Made by a program: the position numbers and the translations under genes
The notes under the pieces: generated by a model
What the model saw: the letters and a program-made list of their open reading frames with translations, nothing else
Told to the model about the DNA's origin: nothing
The model's database searches: none
Source: Thermoproteota archaeon
Lineage (GTDB): Archaea > Asgardarchaeota > Njordarchaeia > Njordarchaeales > Panguiarchaeaceae
Direction: 5' to 3'
Assembly (NCBI GenBank): GCA_024720975.1
Contig: JANJXX010000016.1
Location: 1 to 13,163, forward strand
Length of the DNA: 13,163 nucleotides
Shown: positions 6,889 through 13,163 of the stretch, piece after piece
How the letters are laid out: every line of letters starts with the position of its first letter
Numbering within the stretch: the first letter of the stretch is position 1

Positions 6889-7746
6889 TTAACCTCTATA
6901 ACTTAAGTTCGTAATGTTGACGACTTTCCTAACGCGATTTAATGGATCCTGAACTCTAATGAATTTGGCTTTCTCCTCGGCTTCTGTAAACTCAATATGC
7001 TCACTAGCAACAATTTTATCTAAAACTTGACCATCAGCTACAACATACGCATCCGCCCAACCTGGTTTAACTTTTACCTTGACAATGCAGTTTGAGGGAA
7101 GAACCAGGGGAGCCATTCCCCTATATAAGGGAGCTATTGGAACAATTACCATTGCTTTAAGATACTCACTGACTATGGGTCCTCCTGCTGACAGCGCGTA
7201 TGAAGTGCTGCCTACAGGCGTAGAAATTATTAATCCATCACACAGTACTTCTGTCAGAAATCCCTCATTGACGAATATCTGTAAGCCCACAACTTTACCG
7301 GGTTTACTTGTCATTAAAGTATATTCATTTAAGGCAGGTTGATAACATTTTTTGGGAGTTCTAGCTGCTATTTTTAACACTTCGGAAATACTATATTTAC
7401 CTAACTCTATCTTCTCTAAACTCAGCAGAAATTCATCGGGGGAAAGCTCAGTAAGGAGACCCATCCGACCTAAATTCACGCCTAATATTGGTGTTCCATA
7501 CTTGCTGACCTCTCTAGACGCATAGAGCATTGTCCCATCGCCGCCAAGTACCAGGGCAAAATCGCATATCGAAAGCAGGTGCTTATCAATGCTGTCACCC
7601 ACATTTACTATTTGAAGTATTTGCCAGCCTCGACTGCGCAGGATCTCATTTATCTTACCCAGATATACTCTAGCCTCCTCGCGAGGCGAGACAAAGATTA
7701 CAATTTTAGGCTTTTCACAGTTGAAGTCCTCTCTTTCTAAGTTCAT
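6889..7746 (-). CDS. nadK: NAD(+) kinase
   Basis: LGGDGTML, GVNLGRMGLL, ALNE, DGLIISTPVGSTSYALSAGGP and ADGQ motifs. Confidence 0.96.
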   Translation of the reverse strand: MNLEREDFNCEKPKIVIFVSPREEARVYLGKINEILRSRGWQILQIVNVGDSIDKHLLSICDFALVLGGDGTMLYASREVSKYGTPILGVNLGRMGLLTELSPDEFLLSLEKIELGKYSISEVLKIAARTPKKCYQPALNEYTLMTSKPGKVVGLQIFVNEGFLTEVLCDGLIISTPVGSTSYALSAGGPIVSEYLKAMVIVPIAPLYRGMAPLVLPSNCIVKVKVKPGWADAYVVADGQVLDKIVASEHIEFTEAEEKAKFIRVQDPLNRVRKVVNITNLSYRG

Positions 7747-8227
7747 TTACAATCACTCGATACAATTCCTCTGTGGACGTATAAGTCGTGTCTAGAACCA
7801 TGATTTTGGATTCACCATAATTACTTAATGCCTCACCCAGTATTATTCCAAATCGTTCAGCCTCTAAATTTTCCTCTATTTTTTCGTGTGGGAATCCTCT
7901 TTCTAAGAGACGCCTTTCAAGTTCAAATGGCTCGCACGTGAGAACTATACAGACATCCACAATGTCACTAGGTAAAGCTTCTGCTCCAATACCTTCCACG
8001 ACAACGTTGCTGTGCTTAGCGACAATCTCCTTAACTTTTCTAACAAGCTTATGTTCATTGATTATGTATGCATCTCGCTTCTTATCATAACCATCATAAA
8101 GTTTATTTTCCACAACAAGCTGACTCAAGTGAACAGCGTAAAAACCATTTTTGCTGAACAATTCCGCTAGTCTGGATTTGCCAGTACCAGGTACTCCACA
8201 AATAGCTATAACAACCAAGATGGGCAC
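7715..8227 (-). CDS. Adenylate kinase AK6/Fap7 (hCINAP) family
   Basis: P-loop GVPGTGKS, YDKKRDAYII, and lid L-x-x-RL-x-x-RG-x-x-x-x-KI-x-EN-x-x-AE, all typical of archaeal AK6. Confidence 0.9.
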   Translation of the reverse strand: MPILVVIAICGVPGTGKSRLAELFSKNGFYAVHLSQLVVENKLYDGYDKKRDAYIINEHKLVRKVKEIVAKHSNVVVEGIGAEALPSDIVDVCIVLTCEPFELERRLLERGFPHEKIEENLEAERFGIILGEALSNYGESKIMVLDTTYTSTEELYRVIVNELRKRGLQL

Positions 8228-8275
8228 CTAATAGCTGCTAGCTTTTATACGTAAGTTATAAATTATCCTATATTA

Positions 8276-10318
8276 TTGGATTTGACAAATACTATTCACG
8301 TCAATTCGAATGCTATGAGGAGCTATAAATTGACTCTAGAAAACATTGCACGCGATAAGGTCGGAGACGTCTTTGGAAAGGCTGGCGTGGAAGAATTTAC
8401 GGTGCACGTTCTCGAGAACAAAACCGTTCAAAAAGGTCAGTTTCTTGTTGTCATAGGCGATAACCGTATACTATTGGCTAGGGTTGTTGACTTACAAACG
8501 AGCATGAAGGAAACACTTGCTGAATGCGAGATCCTAGGCGAAGTTGAAGACTCTCAGCTTGTTCAGAATACAAAACCTGTACGGGCCGGTTTTGAAGTAT
8601 ATAACCCCACTGGCGAGTTCCTCAGCAAGGTTGTTACACGAACATCAAAGGACGAAGGATTATTTGTCGGTTCAATATTAACGCATCCAGATTTCGTGCC
8701 AGTGTATTATAATCCGAAAGATTTTCGTGTACACGTTTTAGTAAGTGCTACCACTGGGGGCGGTAAATCCTATACGCTATCAGTGTTCATAGAAGAACTT
8801 ATAAAGAAGACCATGATAGATCAAAAGACTCCTACATCGATTCTAATATTCGATGTACACGACGAATACTCCGGCTTAATCGTACCTAATTTAAACAAAA
8901 AGCAAATAGAAGCCTTAAGAGAATTCAATTTGGAGCCGACAGGCTTCTTAGATTATATTCTGATATTCGATTGGGAAAATAACCCTCCACATCTAAGTCC
9001 GTACCTTACTCCCGATAGGCTAATGTTCATCTTCTCCCTAAAAGAGTTGAGGTTAGCATTCCAACTAAAACAGTTAATGGGCGAAAACACAGAAATGCAT
9101 GTAGATGACCTCTTCCACATGGTTAGCATAAGTGATATGCATCCGCAAACGCGCCAGGCACTAATTAGTAGAATTGGCTCTCTACGTGATAGCGGATTCC
9201 TATCTGATAACTACATAACACCAAGGGAATTTTGCGTCCCAGGTAAAGTAACAATCTTCCGTCTGGTCGGAACGCCGCTTGGAGATCTTGGAATAAGATT
9301 TTTCGTAGCTGACATAATAAGACAAGTATTTGAAGCGAAAAAGAAGGGAGAGCTGCAACAAAACGTGATACTAGTTGTTGACGAGGCGCATTTATTTGCC
9401 CCAGCAAAAGGCACGAATGATCCAGTCAGGGAAATTTTAATTCGTGTCGCGCGAGAAGGAAGGAAAATGGGTGTCTGGTTAATTTTAGCTACACAATCAC
9501 CAAGGGATCTTAGCGACGAGATCATTATAAACTGTTCCACAATTATTGCTCTCAGAATGCAAAAAAGCGATGTAGCTCGCTTAACTCAGTTGTTTGGAAT
9601 ACAAAAAAGCTTAGCAGAGGTTCTAACAAAGACTCAACCAGGGGAATGCTTCATAAAAGCACCATCATTTACAATACCAATCATGGTTCGAATTCGACCA
9701 CGTCAATCTTCTGAAATTAAAGGAGAGGGAGTTGATGCCGAAGCCTTAAAGGAGAAGATTAAGAAGGTTGCTTTGAATACTAGGGAACTTGTATCAAATC
9801 TGAGAATGCGCCATAGTGCTAAATTAGAAAAACCAAGGAAGGAACCAAAAGAAACTCCGCAGCCACAGGAAGCTATTAGTCAAACCGAAGTACTCGCCAA
9901 AAAACCAGAACATATTGTTGCTGGTACCCTACCAATACCGAAGGCTGTGAAAGAAGTTCCAAGTCCCACGGAAGGGTCGTTAGTACAAAAACAATCGATG
10001 ATTCAAAAGGTTATCGAAGAGCGCCTCGACTTCGCTGTAGAGTCTTTTGCAAGCCAAATAAAAGCCCTTGGGAAAGGAATCCTAGCACTAGTAAATGCGC
10101 TCATAGAAAACGATAAGATATCGATAGAACACGCTTTAAACTATGTCTCAGAGGATTTGATAAATTCATTAGTAGCGAATAAAGTAATTCGCATTGAAGA
10201 TTCCTACATTAAACTTAACTTGGACAGAAAATTGGAGGAGACTTTAGATAGAACCCCTTCGATAACCCAGGTCCTAGTTGCAAAAAGGAAGCTCAAGCAA
10301 TTGCTTGAAAGTCAATAA
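8276..10318 (+). CDS. HerA/FtsK-superfamily ATPase (HAS barrel + DUF87-type ATPase) with long C-terminal extension
   Basis: N-terminal beta-barrel (KGQFLVV...LLARVVDL), Walker A ATTGGGKS, IFDVHDEY, Walker B VVDEAH, AREGRKMG and LATQSPRDL. True start may be ATG 8315. Confidence 0.9.
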   Translation: MDLTNTIHVNSNAMRSYKLTLENIARDKVGDVFGKAGVEEFTVHVLENKTVQKGQFLVVIGDNRILLARVVDLQTSMKETLAECEILGEVEDSQLVQNTKPVRAGFEVYNPTGEFLSKVVTRTSKDEGLFVGSILTHPDFVPVYYNPKDFRVHVLVSATTGGGKSYTLSVFIEELIKKTMIDQKTPTSILIFDVHDEYSGLIVPNLNKKQIEALREFNLEPTGFLDYILIFDWENNPPHLSPYLTPDRLMFIFSLKELRLAFQLKQLMGENTEMHVDDLFHMVSISDMHPQTRQALISRIGSLRDSGFLSDNYITPREFCVPGKVTIFRLVGTPLGDLGIRFFVADIIRQVFEAKKKGELQQNVILVVDEAHLFAPAKGTNDPVREILIRVAREGRKMGVWLILATQSPRDLSDEIIINCSTIIALRMQKSDVARLTQLFGIQKSLAEVLTKTQPGECFIKAPSFTIPIMVRIRPRQSSEIKGEGVDAEALKEKIKKVALNTRELVSNLRMRHSAKLEKPRKEPKETPQPQEAISQTEVLAKKPEHIVAGTLPIPKAVKEVPSPTEGSLVQKQSMIQKVIEERLDFAVESFASQIKALGKGILALVNALIENDKISIEHALNYVSEDLINSLVANKVIRIEDSYIKLNLDRKLEETLDRTPSITQVLVAKRKLKQLLESQ

Positions 10319-10366
10319 GTGTGAAAATTTTTTCAATTTCAATCAGTAATTATACGTGTTCTGTAT

Positions 10367-11095
10367 ATGGCCGGTAGTATCGATAAACTGCGATTCGAAG
10401 TACTCGTCGATAATCCTTGCCCTAAACCTCTGCTTGCTGGGATTGATGAAGCAGGAAGAGGTCCTGTAATAGGACCTATGGTCATCGCATGCGTCTCAGT
10501 GCCAAGAGACAAGGGTGATGAAGTAAATGAGCTACTCCTCAACATAGGAGTCAAAGATTCTAAATTACTGTCGAAGAAGAAAAGAGAAGAACTCTTTGAA
10601 AGACTAAAGCAGTACCTAGGATCAATCACTGTTGCTTATATAGCGCCTGAAATTATCGACGAGTATGCCTCGAAAGGAAGATATAACTGGCTTGAGGCGG
10701 AAGTTATTTCAAGACTTCTCAGTTTAATTCCTGGAATCAAGATAGTTTACATCGATGCCCCATCGAATTCTAAAGACTTCGAAAAGAAGATTAGAAGTTT
10801 CTTAAGAGGTGAGTCTGGAATAGAGCTAATTGTTGAAAAACAAGCAGATAAGAAGTATCCCATAGTTTCAGCTGCATCAATAGTAGCCAAAGTTCTTAGG
10901 GATAAGGCTATCGAAGAGATAAAGAAGGAAATCGAAATTGACTTTGGAAGTGGTTATCCTTCAGATCCAAAAACCCGAGAAGCTCTACCAAAGATACTAA
11001 AAATTAGGCCCGAAGCTGTAAGAAAAAGCTGGAAAACGTTAAGGAAAGTACAACAAACAAAATTAGACGACTTAATTAAACACAACAAACTATAG
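10367..11095 (+). CDS. rnhB: Ribonuclease HII
   Basis: GIDEAGRGPVIGPMV, GVKDSKLL, YIDA, ADKKYPIVSAASIVAKVLRD, GSGYPSDP, RKSWKT; C-terminal PIP-like QTKLDDLI. Confidence 0.97.
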   Translation: MAGSIDKLRFEVLVDNPCPKPLLAGIDEAGRGPVIGPMVIACVSVPRDKGDEVNELLLNIGVKDSKLLSKKKREELFERLKQYLGSITVAYIAPEIIDEYASKGRYNWLEAEVISRLLSLIPGIKIVYIDAPSNSKDFEKKIRSFLRGESGIELIVEKQADKKYPIVSAASIVAKVLRDKAIEEIKKEIEIDFGSGYPSDPKTREALPKILKIRPEAVRKSWKTLRKVQQTKLDDLIKHNKL

Positions 11096-11117
11096 GAAAA
11101 GAGAGTTAATCCCGCCC

Positions 11118-11342
11118 TTAATAATCAATAAACAGTTGTTCCTGCTTGATTTTACGTTGAAAACTCGTTGTGCGGATTATCGTGCAGAGCAGTTGGAGCT
11201 TACATTTGCCCTCTCGTATAAACTCTTTCTTACGAAAATCATAAAGAAGACGACCTGTACCATCAGAACATACACAAAGTTCTCGTTTGGATATTATATC
11301 GAGTCTTGTAGTCCCTTGAATTATTAGATGCTCATGGGTCAT
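11118..11342 (-). CDS. Small hypothetical protein (74 aa, four Cys)
   Basis: ATG preceded by GGTGA at good spacing (ggtgatttaaaATG). Fills the gap between rpl21e and the convergent rnhB. No family recognised. Confidence 0.55.
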   Translation of the reverse strand: MTHEHLIIQGTTRLDIISKRELCVCSDGTGRLLYDFRKKEFIREGKCKLQLLCTIIRTTSFQRKIKQEQLFIDY

Positions 11343-11472
11343 TTTAAATCACCAGATTACCTAAGTCTACCTTACAATCCAGAGCCCGCTATAAAAATCA
11401 CGGTAATACTAGAGTGACACTCTCTATCTTATAGAAAAGGAGAGTGCATGAAAAATGATTTAAAGAAGCTAG

Positions 11473-11784
11473 CTACCTACTAGTTGGCAACTTACATTCA
11501 GCCGGCCGTAGATGCTCGATTCTGGCGATCACTTTCTTTAATTTGCCTCCATCCCTAACCAAAACGACGAAGGCTTTACCTCGCTTTTCAACTATCTCGC
11601 CTATCTTACCGTGAAATCTTTTGTATGGAGCACCCTTGTGGATCGATGGATCTATTTTTATGACGACTTTTTCTCCTATCTTGTAGTCGTATATTATTGC
11701 TGAGATTGGTGGCAAACCTCTATCTTTAGGACCTTTCGAAAGTAGTTGCCTCGTTCCAGATCTTGGTCCTCTAGATCCTCTCAC
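11473..11784 (-). CDS. rpl21e: 50S ribosomal protein L21e
   Basis: SRGPRSGTRQLL, GEKVVIKIDPSIHKGAPYKRFHGKIG, RGKAF, DGGKLKKVIARIEHLRP. GTG start with GGTGA/GGAG upstream. Confidence 0.97.
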   Translation of the reverse strand: MRGSRGPRSGTRQLLSKGPKDRGLPPISAIIYDYKIGEKVVIKIDPSIHKGAPYKRFHGKIGEIVEKRGKAFVVLVRDGGKLKKVIARIEHLRPAECKLPTSR

Positions 11785-12280
11785 TCCTGCTCACCAAACG
11801 AAATCTTTCGATTAGTTCGCTTTTTTCTTCATCCTCGATAGATCTTAATACCTTCTCAACGAATCTTTTGCTCAGAGATAGATACTTTGAAAGTTCGTAT
11901 AAAAAGAATGCTATTAGACTTATTGTTGAGAGACCTCCTTCCACATCCGTCGCGTCTGTCGAGCTGTCGCGATACATAACTTCAGGGGCAGATACTCTGC
12001 CAACATCCTTCTTAACGATTAATCTAAGATCTTGAATAATTTTTTCGTCGACACTGGAAAGAACAAAAAGTGCGTCCATATTTCGCGGCTCAATGTGAGT
12101 TACGCGACTGCCAATTCTAAGGATATAAATAGGAACAGATGAGCCAGCTAATACCATTGTAGTCTTATTAACGGATAATTCAAATTTTGATGCCAAAGCT
12201 AATTTTATTAATACGTTATTCAACAATTTCCAGGTATTCTCCTCAGAGATTATTCCAAACACCAGCTCCAGGATAAACAC
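11771..12280 (-). CDS. Highly divergent 2-oxoacid:ferredoxin oxidoreductase gamma / IorB-like protein
   Basis: Size (169 aa) and the segment SVPIYILRIGSRVTHIEPRNMDALFVLS resemble the gamma-subunit 'h-R-I-G/S...D-h-h-h-x-L' region. The N-terminal G-x-G-G-Q-G motif is absent. Directly follows an alpha-like gene. Confidence 0.5.
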   Translation of the reverse strand: MFILELVFGIISEENTWKLLNNVLIKLALASKFELSVNKTTMVLAGSSVPIYILRIGSRVTHIEPRNMDALFVLSSVDEKIIQDLRLIVKKDVGRVSAPEVMYRDSSTDATDVEGGLSTISLIAFFLYELSKYLSLSKRFVEKVLRSIEDEEKSELIERFRLVSRSERI

Positions 12281-13163
12281 CTACGCCAAGATCGCCATCT
12301 TCTTGAATTTTTTGAGCTTGTCTATGATTTTATCCAAATCATACTCTGCAAGATCTATCATTGGAATACTCATTCCAGTGCGCTTTAACACATCATGAAG
12401 CTCATTTTTTAACTTGCTTAATAACCCCTTTTCGACGAGGGACGTGTCTGCGATTATAATCACTGTTTTGTCATTCTCTTTCAAGAGGAATTCAAAGATA
12501 TCAAAGAACTCAGTTAAATGCGACATGTGCACAACAACAATCATATTCTCGCTCTTAAAAACGCATTTAGCCAGTTCTTGGATCTCTAAACTGCTGGCAT
12601 CAGGTAAGCCCAATGATAATGGCTTAATACACAAAACGCTGAATTGCCTTCTGCCAGTTATGCCCTTGATAAATTTACTAATAGCATCTGGCACTAAGAA
12701 ATAAATCTCGTTTCTTGTTTGTATTTTTAGCACATCTTCTGCTCTCGCACCAAGTGCTAAAAAATCCTTAAGAGATTGCGAAATGTCTAGGGAATCTATT
12801 GAGACTGATCCGTCTAAACCCTTGGATATATCGACGATTTCTGGTATCCACTTGAGCTCTCCTCTAGCTACTAAGTCGTAAGCTAGAGAATGTATTAGCG
12901 GCTTTATGGTACCAGTCTGATCGGCTACTACAATATACTTATGGTTCTTGAGTACATCAACCAAGTGGTTTGCTAATGACGAATCAAATTTCAAAATCCC
13001 TATGAGACGAACCATATCAAGCATCTTTTGTGCTAGAAGCACGTTAAAGATCGATTTAAACACAACACCAAATGCTAAAGCAACCACGGGTCCAGATCCA
13101 ATTTCTATCGTTGATGTATCAATTGTCATTGAAGTCTTTGTTTCTACCGGTTGAGATGATATA
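12281..13163 (-). CDS. Highly divergent indolepyruvate/2-oxoacid:ferredoxin oxidoreductase alpha (IorA)-like protein, 5'-truncated by the window edge
   Basis: Frame stays open from 13129 to the window end (ISSQPVETKTS-M). GSGPVVALAFGVVF...VLKNHKYIVVADQ resembles PFOR domain II (transketolase C-like). MIVVVHMSHL...KTVIIIADTS sits where the TPP-binding GD...DN motif would be. Confidence 0.5.
   Translation of the reverse strand, partial: ISSQPVETKTSMTIDTSTIEIGSGPVVALAFGVVFKSIFNVLLAQKMLDMVRLIGILKFDSSLANHLVDVLKNHKYIVVADQTGTIKPLIHSLAYDLVARGELKWIPEIVDISKGLDGSVSIDSLDISQSLKDFLALGARAEDVLKIQTRNEIYFLVPDAISKFIKGITGRRQFSVLCIKPLSLGLPDASSLEIQELAKCVFKSENMIVVVHMSHLTEFFDIFEFLLKENDKTVIIIADTSLVEKGLLSKLKNELHDVLKRTGMSIPMIDLAEYDLDKIIDKLKKFKKMAILA

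Noticed and set aside
8276-10318. HerA as part of an anti-phage (Sir2-HerA or nuclease-HerA) or conjugative VirB4 system
   Set aside because: Flanked by housekeeping genes, with no effector nuclease, sirtuin or membrane T4SS genes adjacent.
2616-13154. Shadow ORFs in the track (2616-2831, 3832-4176, 5299-5487, 5312-5503, 5701-6117, 5936-6157, 7079-7342, 9165-9407, 9211-9540, 10339-10629, 11136-11327, 12414-12704, 12948-13154)
   Set aside because: All lie antisense to better-supported genes and show no recognisable motifs.

Overview
Archaeal chromosomal window, mostly housekeeping genes: aIF2-gamma, Cgi121, an Fcf1-like PIN protein, ThiL, NAD kinase, an AK6/Fap7-type kinase, a HerA-like ATPase, RNase HII and rpl21e. 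It also has two RHH regulators, a tRNA-Ser(CGA) followed by a heavily degraded tyrosine-integrase remnant that the ORF track misses, and a degenerate IorA/IorB-like gene pair. The standout is an overlapping two-gene unit at 1459-3130 (-), divergent from aIF2-gamma. It encodes a Rag/Gtr-type GTPase with a C-terminal roadblock domain, then an NPRL2/Npr2-like longin protein that keeps the arginine at the GATOR1 GAP arginine-finger position. This looks like a minimal prokaryotic Rag + GAP module and points to an Asgard or related archaeon. All family assignments come from motif recognition and remembered reference sequences; no searches were run.
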